Assembly (NCBI GenBank): GCA_949511925.1
Contig: CATEYX010000022.1
Location: forward strand, 1-51,197
DNA length: 51,197 nt
Source of the DNA: Cryomorphaceae bacterium
GTDB lineage: Bacteria > Bacteroidota > Bacteroidia > Flavobacteriales > BACL11
Direction: 5' to 3'
A program made the translations under genes and the position numbers. The notes beneath the pieces are model-generated. The model was not told the origin of the DNA and ran no database searches. It saw only the letters and a program-made list of their open reading frames with translations. Shown here piece after piece: positions 36,743 to 45,451 of this stretch (positions are counted from its first letter, which is position 1; every line of letters starts with the position of its first letter).

Positions 36743-37769
36743 TATGCAAATTTACAATTACTTTTTCCCAATCAATAATAATATTTTTCCAGTCAAATCT
36801 TTTAGCTAATTTAACAGCATTTTCAGATGACTTCTGAAGAGATACTGAATCATTAAGTAGCTCATTAATAATACTCTTCACCTCATTAAAATCATTTGCA
36901 ATAAAGCCATTAATTCTATGCTTCATCCATTTAGAAGCACCATAAGAATTATAAACTACTGAAGGAATTCCAGCTGAAGCAGCTTCCAAAATTACCTTAG
37001 GAAATCCCTCAGATTTTGAAGGAAGAAACATTATATCTGATTGCTGGAATATTGCATCTATTTTATCCTGTGATAACTCTCCATGAAAAACTACATTAGA
37101 ACTAGCATTTTTTTCTAAATTATCTCTCTCAGGACCATTACCAATTATATTAAAATTAATTTGAGGATAAAATTTAGCTAATAGTAAAAATTCATCTATC
37201 CTTTTCCTTTTTATTAATCCTCCTACAAAAACAATTGATCTTAAATTTTGAGCAATTTTTGAGTTAAATTGATGAACATTCACACCTAACAATAAAGGAA
37301 TATTATTGATGGATATTACTGATTGAGTTTCTTGGATTAGAAATCTAGTAATACCAAAAACTTGCTTAAAATAACTAAAATGATTTTTCATGTTATTTTC
37401 TGACCCAAATAAAGCAATTAGATTAGGTTTACTTAAATCAGTTACATTTCCTTCAATAGTAGTAAAAACTGGCTTTTTGAGTAGTTTTGCTAACTTTAAC
37501 ACCCAAAGTGGAGTATCAACATGTTTAGGAAAATACGCTACATCACTATTGAGCATTCCCCATAAAAAGCCTAAATGCTTTGAAAAACTAAAAGGCTTTA
37601 AGCATTTGAAGGTATTTGCCTCAAAACTCTCACTTCTGCCAAAATGTGTAGTTAAGGCTAATACTTCAAATTTATCTTTATCCAAATACTCTGCAACTGC
37701 TCTACAATTTAAATTCTGAGCATTGGTATAATTAATATATCCACCAAGAAATACTTTTATTTTACTCAT
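36732..37769 (-). CDS. Family 4 (GT-B) glycosyltransferase
   Basis: 345 aa. E-x7-E region LPSKSEGFPKVILEAASAGIP. It overlaps both neighbouring genes. Confidence 0.75.
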   Translation of the reverse strand: MSKIKVFLGGYINYTNAQNLNCRAVAEYLDKDKFEVLALTTHFGRSESFEANTFKCLKPFSFSKHLGFLWGMLNSDVAYFPKHVDTPLWVLKLAKLLKKPVFTTIEGNVTDLSKPNLIALFGSENNMKNHFSYFKQVFGITRFLIQETQSVISINNIPLLLGVNVHQFNSKIAQNLRSIVFVGGLIKRKRIDEFLLLAKFYPQINFNIIGNGPERDNLEKNASSNVVFHGELSQDKIDAIFQQSDIMFLPSKSEGFPKVILEAASAGIPSVVYNSYGASKWMKHRINGFIANDFNEVKSIINELLNDSVSLQKSSENAVKLAKRFDWKNIIIDWEKVIVNLHNGQ

Positions 37770-38896
37770 TTTAATAAATTTAAAAATTTTTGTTCATTAA
37801 AAGGAAAGTAAAAAGCAATTGCCCAATCTTTAATGATTTTTGATTTTTCTTGATAAAATTCAATTGAATCCAACTCGTCAATTAAAATATTAAGAGGGTA
37901 ATCAAATTCATTTTGAAAATAATTAAACTCATTTTCAGAAGCAAGTAAAATTGTAGGAATCCCTAATAAAGCAGCCTCAAAAGTGGATGTCGAATAAGTA
38001 GTAGCATGCAAACTACATAATCTTAAGCATTCATTAATGTCAACAGTGGCAATCATAACATTGGATAATTTTAATAATTCTGACAAATCAACTTCATTAT
38101 TAAACCTAGGATGGTGCTTTAGGTAAAAATTAACATCCACATGAATTGATAAAATAAACTCCCTTAATTCTTTTAATAAAATTGCATTCTCTTTTACAGT
38201 ATGATCATGTGTGAATTGTAAAGTAATAAGGATATTCTTATTAAATTCTTTATGGATAGTACTTTTATAAGATATATTACTACCAATTACTAAAGTGTGA
38301 TTTTTAAAATAATCTAATTTTTCATTTATTTCTAATATCTTTTGGTAAGATTCTCCACATAACAATAAGTTAGCATCGTTGACAACTAAATTACTTTCTG
38401 CTATACCATTTACTAAATAATTCTTTTTATTGTTGTGAATAATACCATGCTGAAGATCATACAACATCACAGAAGGGTTAATTCCCCTAAAAACACTAAG
38501 CATGCTTTGCGATAGAGTTATAAAATTTTTGAAATGAAACTGTCTAAAAAATACTTTAGCAATAGAACTGCCAATTTTCTGATCTTTTAATTGAGTATTC
38601 ATCTCAGAACTAAATAGTTTACGCAAAAGAATAACTACTAGATAAATAAAATCAAATGGAGTAGTCTTTGAATTTCTAATACTTTTAATTGTAAAATCAG
38701 GCTCTTCAAACACAACATATGAGATACTATTTCTATCACAACTTAGCAAGAGATGTTTAAAAAGCTGATTTTCTTTATTTTCTCCTCTGTTAAAATGCTG
38801 AGGATAATAAAAAACAACATCATATTTTCTTTTTATTAGTATACCTGAAAGAAAAAAAAACATTGACTTTATAATATATAGAAAATTTCTAAACAT
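37766..38896 (-). CDS. Uncharacterised GT-B-like transferase (candidate nonulosonic-acid or glycerophosphate-type transferase)
   Basis: 376 aa with an N-terminal hydrophobic segment. LKHHPRF (HHPR at 38105-38116) followed by HATTYSTSTFEAALLGIPTILL recalls the HP / S-S-T motifs of bacterial sialyltransferases and TagF-like enzymes. I recognise no confident family. Confidence 0.4.
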   Translation of the reverse strand: MFRNFLYIIKSMFFFLSGILIKRKYDVVFYYPQHFNRGENKENQLFKHLLLSCDRNSISYVVFEEPDFTIKSIRNSKTTPFDFIYLVVILLRKLFSSEMNTQLKDQKIGSSIAKVFFRQFHFKNFITLSQSMLSVFRGINPSVMLYDLQHGIIHNNKKNYLVNGIAESNLVVNDANLLLCGESYQKILEINEKLDYFKNHTLVIGSNISYKSTIHKEFNKNILITLQFTHDHTVKENAILLKELREFILSIHVDVNFYLKHHPRFNNEVDLSELLKLSNVMIATVDINECLRLCSLHATTYSTSTFEAALLGIPTILLASENEFNYFQNEFDYPLNILIDELDSIEFYQEKSKIIKDWAIAFYFPFNEQKFLNLLK

Positions 38897-40294
38897 TTAT
38901 TTTAATAAATTTTGACTTTGCTTAGTATGAGAATAATTATCGCCAATATGAATAATAATATCATGAAAATAATTATCTAATTTTTCTTTATAAGATTCTC
39001 TAATTTGCTTTTTTAAAGTTTCAACTTCTTCAGATATAAGCTGCCCATTTCCTTTTTTTCTAAATCTAGGTTCGAGAATTTCTATTTTGATAACTCTAAT
39101 ATCTTTTGGGTAGACAGACATTCCCTTAATTTTTAAATCAACTTTCCAATCCTTAATATCATCAATTTTATATAAAGCCTTAATGTAAGTATTGAATTCA
39201 GGGATATCTTTATAATCTGCAGATGAATATACAGTATATTGTTCTTTAATAAATTTCTCAATTTCATCAAAATATTGAGATACAGGCGGCCATAATACAA
39301 TTTCAAAATACAATTGATTACTAATCAAAATTTGTTGTTTTCTCTGTTGGATTAAATCCAATTCCTCAGTTGAAAAATTATTACTTTTAAACCAACTTAT
39401 ACCATATGGAGAGTGATCAAGTTTATTATTAATTTTTATAGCAATGAAAGGCTCATTAAAATACAATGCACATGCTAAGCGGTGTGCTCCATCTACTATG
39501 TGCAAATCTTTATTTACTAGTATTGGATAATTACTATCAACTCCATTATTATTAAAACTTGTAATTAACTCTTTAAAAACCTTCAAAGGATTAGTGTGAG
39601 CTGACCCTCCTCTATTCTTTTGCATCTTCTCATACAGATTAATCCCTTCATTTTCATAATTCAAAAAGGAATCAATTGCCATATAGCGAACAATTATGTC
39701 ATATCGATTAAATCTATGGTCAACAACTTGTTTTGCTAGCAGGCTAGAAGTTGGTATCATTTGAAATGCATCACTATGCAAACTAGTATCATATCTAAAA
39801 TAATTTTTTAGATAATTGAGATACAAGCTAAATCTATTTTGGAGTTTTCTGAAAATATTTTTTAAAAATGATGGCTTTGGTAATTCATGCTCGATTAACT
39901 TCCAGTTCCAATTTTTATACATTTTTGCATACTCATTCAATTCAATAATATCTGATTGATCCTTAATTCTATTGTGCCATTTTTTTTTATGATAAATAAG
40001 TTCAGGAATTACAAATTTGAAACCATTGTATAAAATATATAAATCTGAGTTTTCAATCAAATTATCATCTGAAAACAAGGAAGACCATGGGTTATTTACC
40101 CTTTCAATAAATGAATGTTGAGAAAGTGAGTTTGAAGCATATTTAGAATGAATTACAATATCAATATCATTATGTTTTCGAATACCAATTAAAGATAAAG
40201 TTGTACTTCCTACTAAACAAATATCTTCTTTTGAAATTTCATTTAATTTCAGGTATTTTTCAAGAGATTTAAAATCCTTATCATCAAAATCCAT
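38897..40294 (-). CDS. Uncharacterised three-module protein: minimal nucleotidyltransferase fold + ParB/sulfiredoxin-like module + unknown C-terminal domain
   Basis: 465 aa. Pol-beta NTase signature hG[GS]-x12-DhD in LVGSTTLSLIGIRKHNDIDIVI (40154-40210). ParB/Srx-type motif IVDGAHRLACALY (DGAHR at 39479-39493). I do not recognise the C-terminal ~140 aa. Confidence 0.45.
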   Translation of the reverse strand: MDFDDKDFKSLEKYLKLNEISKEDICLVGSTTLSLIGIRKHNDIDIVIHSKYASNSLSQHSFIERVNNPWSSLFSDDNLIENSDLYILYNGFKFVIPELIYHKKKWHNRIKDQSDIIELNEYAKMYKNWNWKLIEHELPKPSFLKNIFRKLQNRFSLYLNYLKNYFRYDTSLHSDAFQMIPTSSLLAKQVVDHRFNRYDIIVRYMAIDSFLNYENEGINLYEKMQKNRGGSAHTNPLKVFKELITSFNNNGVDSNYPILVNKDLHIVDGAHRLACALYFNEPFIAIKINNKLDHSPYGISWFKSNNFSTEELDLIQQRKQQILISNQLYFEIVLWPPVSQYFDEIEKFIKEQYTVYSSADYKDIPEFNTYIKALYKIDDIKDWKVDLKIKGMSVYPKDIRVIKIEILEPRFRKKGNGQLISEEVETLKKQIRESYKEKLDNYFHDIIIHIGDNYSHTKQSQNLLK

Positions 40295-41433
40295 TAGGAA
40301 AGAAACAATTCCACAAACTCTCTTACCACTCCATCACCACCATTTCTTTTTAATTGCATAATGTTTGGAATAGCTTTAATTTTATCAACTGCATTATTAG
40401 GGCAAGCGGCAATTCCTACATGAGATAAAAGACCAAAACAATTTACATCATCTCCTATATAAGCAACTTCAGCAAGAGTGATATTTTCTTTTACGCATAA
40501 ATCTTTAACTATCTGTAATTTATCCTTTGCACCATGAAAATCAAAATCCAAACCTAATTTCTTAGCTCTTCTTCTGTTTAGCTCTCTATCTTCTGTAGTT
40601 AATATCCCTACTTTTACTCCTGTTTTCTGCAAGAGCTGAAAACCCATTCCGTCATAAGTACAGAACTTTTTAAACTCATCTCCTTGTTCAGTATAGTACA
40701 TTCCTGCATCTGTAAGCACTCCATCTACATCAGATAAAAATAATTTAATATTAGAAAAATCTAACTCTTCATTTTTTAAAACAAAACGTTTCATCAATGA
40801 TTCAGCAACTATCCAATCTTCTGGCTCATCAATTTCAATATAAGTATATTCTGGCATCTCATAAATTCCGATATCTGCTGAAATTCTATTCTTCGTTGAT
40901 TTTATATCAGCAACAGAGCTGATATAAAAAGCGCCATTTTCTATTAATGTCCCTTTGTGATCTTGTCTTCTTGGTCGGTTATAAATATCATAATTTAATG
41001 CTTTTCCGTTTCTCCAAGAAAACCTTTTAGATTCACAACAAGTTAGAATAGTATCATGTTGTTTAAACAACTCTAAGCCCTCATTAAAATGAATGCTTTG
41101 CGTAAAAGGTGAAGTTGCTTGCACCAACATAAAAGTATCTTCATTGGAAATATTTGAACTATCTATATATTCCAGCATAACTGATTCAGTAGAAGATACG
41201 TCTTGAGCATTTTCCTTACTTCTATTATACACTTTTAACTTTGAAAAATTAAATGAGTTTACGATTGACTTAATTTCATTAGAATCTGTGGCAACAATAA
41301 TTTCATCTACATCTGAATTTTGTAGTTCTTGTAAATTCCAAAATATTAATGGTTTTCCACAAAAAACTTTAATGTTCTTTTGTAAAATAGACTTGCTTCC
41401 TCCTCTGGCTGGTATAAAAGCAATTATGCTCAT
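40294..41433 (-). CDS. neuA: Bifunctional CMP-nonulosonate synthetase (NeuA-type cytidylyltransferase) fused to KdsC-type HAD phosphatase
   Basis: 379 aa. N-terminal domain has IPARGGSKSILQKN and NRPRRQD. C-terminal domain has HAD motif I LSDVDGVLTD, KDK, and motif IV YIGDDVNCFGLL. Confidence 0.8.
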   Translation of the reverse strand: MSIIAFIPARGGSKSILQKNIKVFCGKPLIFWNLQELQNSDVDEIIVATDSNEIKSIVNSFNFSKLKVYNRSKENAQDVSSTESVMLEYIDSSNISNEDTFMLVQATSPFTQSIHFNEGLELFKQHDTILTCCESKRFSWRNGKALNYDIYNRPRRQDHKGTLIENGAFYISSVADIKSTKNRISADIGIYEMPEYTYIEIDEPEDWIVAESLMKRFVLKNEELDFSNIKLFLSDVDGVLTDAGMYYTEQGDEFKKFCTYDGMGFQLLQKTGVKVGILTTEDRELNRRRAKKLGLDFDFHGAKDKLQIVKDLCVKENITLAEVAYIGDDVNCFGLLSHVGIAACPNNAVDKIKAIPNIMQLKRNGGDGVVREFVELFLS

Positions 41434-42308
41434 TATTGTTTTCTGTATTTTAGTTTATCTCTTTGTACTTGTTCAATTGCTAAGACATCCGACTGCTTAC
41501 ATGTAAGAGCTTTATGTGTAGCCTTTAAATCTCTAGCTAATTTTCTTAATCCAGCAGGCTCTAAAGAAGCAGAATGATCTGTTCCTTTCCAAGTTCTATC
41601 TAAAGTAAAATGACGTTCCACCCAATTGGCTCCTAAAGCATAAGCAGCAATGTCTACTGCTATTCCCAAATGATGCCCTGAGAATCCAATTGTTTTTACT
41701 CTATCATTAAATTTTTCCTTTATTCTTAAAATTTCTAGCATACAAACATCCTCAAAAGGAACAGGATAAGCTGAAGTACAAGAATATAACACTAATCTTT
41801 TTGCCTGATTATTTTTTTCAAAAAATGAAACAATCTCTTCTTCTTCATCCTTTGTTGTCATCCCAAAAGAAATATGCACTTCACCTTGATAGTCATCTCT
41901 TAAAACTTTAAGCATTTCATAATGATTATTACAAGCAGAAGGTACTTTTATTAATTTAGGATTAAGAGAAGTAATCTGTTTTGCAGAAGTAGTATCCCAA
42001 ACAGAAGTAGAATAAATAATTCCTAAGCTTTCAGCATATTCTTTAAGTTCTTTATGTTGACTAACATCAAACTCTAAAAATTCTCTATGCGCACCATAAC
42101 TATCTCCATAGGAGTTTATAGGGTTAGGGTGAGGAGCATTATACTGATACTCAGTCAATAATTCTACATTATTTCTTTTTTGAAATTTAGCAACTTCAAC
42201 TCCACTTTCTGCAGCTACTTTCAATAAGTGTTTTGCTATCTCCATTTCTCCTTTATGATTGCAACCAATTTCTGCAATCACTTTTGGAGTTTCATAATAA
42301 CTTTTCAT
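41433..42308 (-). CDS. neuB: NeuB-family nonulosonate (sialic-acid/KDN-type) synthase lacking the C-terminal SAF domain
   Basis: 291 aa. NeuB TIM-barrel motifs VIAEIGCNHKGEMEIAKHLL, VAKFQKR, IKVPSACNNH and VERHFTLDR. It ends before where a SAF/antifreeze-like domain would sit. Confidence 0.75.
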   Translation of the reverse strand: MKSYYETPKVIAEIGCNHKGEMEIAKHLLKVAAESGVEVAKFQKRNNVELLTEYQYNAPHPNPINSYGDSYGAHREFLEFDVSQHKELKEYAESLGIIYSTSVWDTTSAKQITSLNPKLIKVPSACNNHYEMLKVLRDDYQGEVHISFGMTTKDEEEEIVSFFEKNNQAKRLVLYSCTSAYPVPFEDVCMLEILRIKEKFNDRVKTIGFSGHHLGIAVDIAAYALGANWVERHFTLDRTWKGTDHSASLEPAGLRKLARDLKATHKALTCKQSDVLAIEQVQRDKLKYRKQ

Positions 42309-44678
42309 TTAATCTTTTTTTAGCTTTTCATTATCATCAAAATACTCTGAGCCTTGAGTATATCCATATTTATTTCCATAACCGTAGCCATAACCGTAGC
42401 CATAACCGTAGCCATAGCCATAACCATAAGCACCACTACCCTCTTTTACATCATTAAAAATAAGGTGTATGTCTCCTAATCTTTCTTTACCATACATGTC
42501 ATCAGCATATGACAGTAGACCTTTTCTAGAATAATTCTGTCTTGCTACATATAGGTTAATATCTGAATAATCCATTAAGGTTAATGCGTCAGCAACCAAT
42601 CCTAAAGGAGGGGTGTCTAAAACAATAATATCATAGCTTTCTTTTAAGGCCTTTATCATCTTTCCAAACTTATCACTCAATAGAGCATCAGATGGATTAT
42701 TTGGTACAGGTCCTGAAACCAAAATATCTAAATTTTCAATGTCAGATTGTACAATTACATCACTTAATGACTTATCACCAAGAATATGGTTAGAAATCCC
42801 AATTTCATTTGTAAGTCCAAAATCAACATACATCCTTGGCCTTCTTAAATCACACCCTATTACTATAGTTTTTTTACCAGATTTTGCAAATACTATAGCT
42901 AAGTTTTGAGCGATATAGGTTTTACCTTCTCCACTTATTGATGAAGTAACTAAATATACTTTCTTATTATTTTCTGGATTGAAGAAATTTAAATTAGACC
43001 GCAAAGCTCTAAACCCTTCAAAGACAGCAGATTTAGGATTTTGTTGAGATAGTAAGATATTACCACTATGATTACTACCAATTATACTTAAAATAGGAAT
43101 AGACGTAGCCTTTTCCAAATCAGCTCTATTAAGTATCTTTTCGTTTATCAACTCCTTAATTAAAAGTATAATCATAGGCAACATTAAACCAATAAGTAAT
43201 GCAATTATATAATTTTTTGTTTTATCAGGGTCAACAGGTTTTTTAGAGAAATACATAGCAGGCTCTAGCGCTTTACTATCAGAAATATTAGAAGAAGATG
43301 TTATTTTTGCTTCCGCTCTCTTTTGTAATAAGAAAATATAGATGTTTTCAGAAATAGACTGTAAACGCTCAATACTTAACAGTTCTCTTTCAACTTTTGG
43401 AATATCTCCTAATGAAGTTTCCATTTTATTAATCCTATTTTTAAAATCCTTAATAAGCAAATTATTAGTTGACTTACTTAAATTAATTGCTTTTTTAAGA
43501 TTAAGTACTAATTGCTTAACTTGACGATTATATTGTGATACTGAAGGATTATTAATTTGCCCACCATCAACTAAAACATTCTTTTTAACTTGTAATTCAA
43601 CTAATTGATTTATAATCGAGTTCAAGCCAATATCATTAACTCCAAATGAAGTAGAAACACTAATACTTTCTAAATTATCTCCATCATTAATATAATTTTC
43701 AAGATAAGTATAGTAATTACTAAGACTTTTACTTTTTGCTAACTCTGTATCTACATTAACAATATTAGCATAAATACTTTGCGCCCTTAAACTTAAATCA
43801 GTAATCTTATTATTATTCTTATATTCTTGAATATTCATTTCAATAAGTGACAATGAATCACTCATTTCCTTCAACTGACTATTTATAAAAGAAACTGTGT
43901 TATTAGATGCTATATTTTTTTCTCTTAGCTCACTATTGATATAATTTTCAGTTAATTTGTTTAAGAATTTAACTCCTTTTATTTGATCCTCTTCCAGTAT
44001 TGATATATCTATCACTGTTGAATTAACATCCTTTTGTGAAATTAAAATCTTCTTTTGATATTCAAGAGTAAGTCTTTTTAAATCCCTAAATTCAATAACC
44101 GTATTGGGCATATCAATACTATTTTCAGAATATCTACTATCTAAATCAACTATAATCATTGTCGAATAAAAATCAATCTCTTCTCCAAAATTATGATTTT
44201 CTTGTTTATTATTATCATCATAAATAATTGTATATTGATTATCATTAATATATTCAATAGTAATATTCTTTCCAATTACTTTAGTTATATCATTACATCT
44301 TATTTTAAATGGAGCAATAAAGGATTCAGACTCTTTTATAGTTCCAACAATATAGTAATTAATCTCAAAACCTAAATCAGATAATGTCGAATAAACTAAA
44401 GGATAAGATTTTAGCATTAATACCTTGTTCTCTATGCTTACATTACTACTTCCCATTGCTTTTTCATACAATAAATCGGATGCAGAACCCATTGAATTAT
44501 TTTCCTTTATGAGAATAGAGGTTTCTACCAAATATAGTTCCTTAGTATATCTATTATATAGATAAGCTAAAGCAAAAGTCAAAAACAAACTTAGAACAAA
44601 AAAGAACCAATTATTAATTATCTTGAAAACAAATTGCCTAAAATCTATTATCTCATCAAGTTGATTATTAATACTCAT
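42309..44678 (-). CDS. wzc: Wzc-type polysaccharide co-polymerase / tyrosine autokinase with (YG)9 tail
   Basis: 789 aa. Wzz-like N-terminus with TM helices, a coiled-coil region, Walker A SSISGEGKTYIAQNLA, Walker B IIVLDTPP, and C-terminal AYGYGYGYGYGYGYGYGYGNKYGY. Confidence 0.85.
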   Translation of the reverse strand: MSINNQLDEIIDFRQFVFKIINNWFFFVLSLFLTFALAYLYNRYTKELYLVETSILIKENNSMGSASDLLYEKAMGSSNVSIENKVLMLKSYPLVYSTLSDLGFEINYYIVGTIKESESFIAPFKIRCNDITKVIGKNITIEYINDNQYTIIYDDNNKQENHNFGEEIDFYSTMIIVDLDSRYSENSIDMPNTVIEFRDLKRLTLEYQKKILISQKDVNSTVIDISILEEDQIKGVKFLNKLTENYINSELREKNIASNNTVSFINSQLKEMSDSLSLIEMNIQEYKNNNKITDLSLRAQSIYANIVNVDTELAKSKSLSNYYTYLENYINDGDNLESISVSTSFGVNDIGLNSIINQLVELQVKKNVLVDGGQINNPSVSQYNRQVKQLVLNLKKAINLSKSTNNLLIKDFKNRINKMETSLGDIPKVERELLSIERLQSISENIYIFLLQKRAEAKITSSSNISDSKALEPAMYFSKKPVDPDKTKNYIIALLIGLMLPMIILLIKELINEKILNRADLEKATSIPILSIIGSNHSGNILLSQQNPKSAVFEGFRALRSNLNFFNPENNKKVYLVTSSISGEGKTYIAQNLAIVFAKSGKKTIVIGCDLRRPRMYVDFGLTNEIGISNHILGDKSLSDVIVQSDIENLDILVSGPVPNNPSDALLSDKFGKMIKALKESYDIIVLDTPPLGLVADALTLMDYSDINLYVARQNYSRKGLLSYADDMYGKERLGDIHLIFNDVKEGSGAYGYGYGYGYGYGYGYGYGNKYGYTQGSEYFDDNEKLKKD
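42375..42428 (-). repeat. Coding microsatellite encoding (Tyr-Gly)9
   Basis: Nine consecutive hexamers (tccata accgta gccata ...), including three perfect 12-bp tandem units accgtagccata at 42381-42416. Confidence 0.95.
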
Positions 44679-44680
44679 AC

Positions 44681-45451
44681 TTAGTTATTGTTGATTAATA
44701 GATAAAGTGTTATTGCTGATATTGACATAGAAATCAAGTTTGGTAAACTAGAAAATGAATAAAATCTTTTATTTAATTGAGGCACATAAATCACATCATT
44801 TGGTTGCAACATAAAATTAGGATTGTTTAATGTTTTTATATCAGTTAAATCAACATAAAAAATCCTATTTGCATCATTATCATTTCTAAGAATTTTTATT
44901 TTCTTCAGGTTACCAAACTCTGTCATATAATTTGCTAGACTTAAAGCATATAAAACATTTGCCTCAGGATTAACTACCATGTAATTTCCAGGATTATTTA
45001 CTGCACCCAAGACACTTATCTCAAAATTAATTATATTTAATTTCACTATTGGTTTTTCAAAATAGGAAATTGCAATTTGCCTAATAATATTCTCTAACTC
45101 TCTTAATGTAAATCCTTCAGATTTTATTTTTCCTAAAGAAGGTAAGTCCAAAAAACCACCCTCTTTAATTAGATATCCATACAAGTATGGATTCTGCACC
45201 ATTAAATTTGAATTAGAAGTTTGTTCCTTATTAAAAAAATCGTGTTGTTGATTGGTAACTGTGCTAATTTGTACTGATATTAAATCACCAACTTGTAAGA
45301 GGTACTTATTAGTATTTAACTTTGCTTTTGATACATCCTTAGATGTTCTGAAATATTCAAAATCCTTATTTGTAACACAGGATGAAAAGAAAAAGAGTAG
45401 TACTAAAAGTAATACTACGAATTTTGATTCTACAAAAAAAAATTTATTCAT
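44681..45451 (-). CDS. wza: Wza-type polysaccharide export outer-membrane protein
   Basis: 256 aa. Lipoprotein-like signal LLVLLFFFSSC, Poly_export motif YLLQVGDLISVQI, and an SLBB-like segment. First gene of the operon. Confidence 0.75.
   Translation of the reverse strand: MNKFFFVESKFVVLLLVLLFFFSSCVTNKDFEYFRTSKDVSKAKLNTNKYLLQVGDLISVQISTVTNQQHDFFNKEQTSNSNLMVQNPYLYGYLIKEGGFLDLPSLGKIKSEGFTLRELENIIRQIAISYFEKPIVKLNIINFEISVLGAVNNPGNYMVVNPEANVLYALSLANYMTEFGNLKKIKILRNDNDANRIFYVDLTDIKTLNNPNFMLQPNDVIYVPQLNKRFYSFSSLPNLISMSISAITLYLLINNN

Noticed and set aside
37390-37719. 109-aa plus-strand ORF, the longest of the unassigned ORFs in the track.
   Set aside because: It lies entirely antisense within a well-supported GT4 glycosyltransferase gene. 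Its composition is low-complexity and typical of shadow ORFs in AT-rich DNA.
42233-42457. 74-aa plus-strand ORF with a striking His-rich repeat (HNRSHNRSHNRSHSHNHKHH) that looks like a metal-binding peptide.
   Set aside because: It is the antisense reading of the (YG)9 microsatellite at the end of wzc and overlaps the neuB-like and wzc genes. It has no independent start context, so it is a reading-frame artefact.
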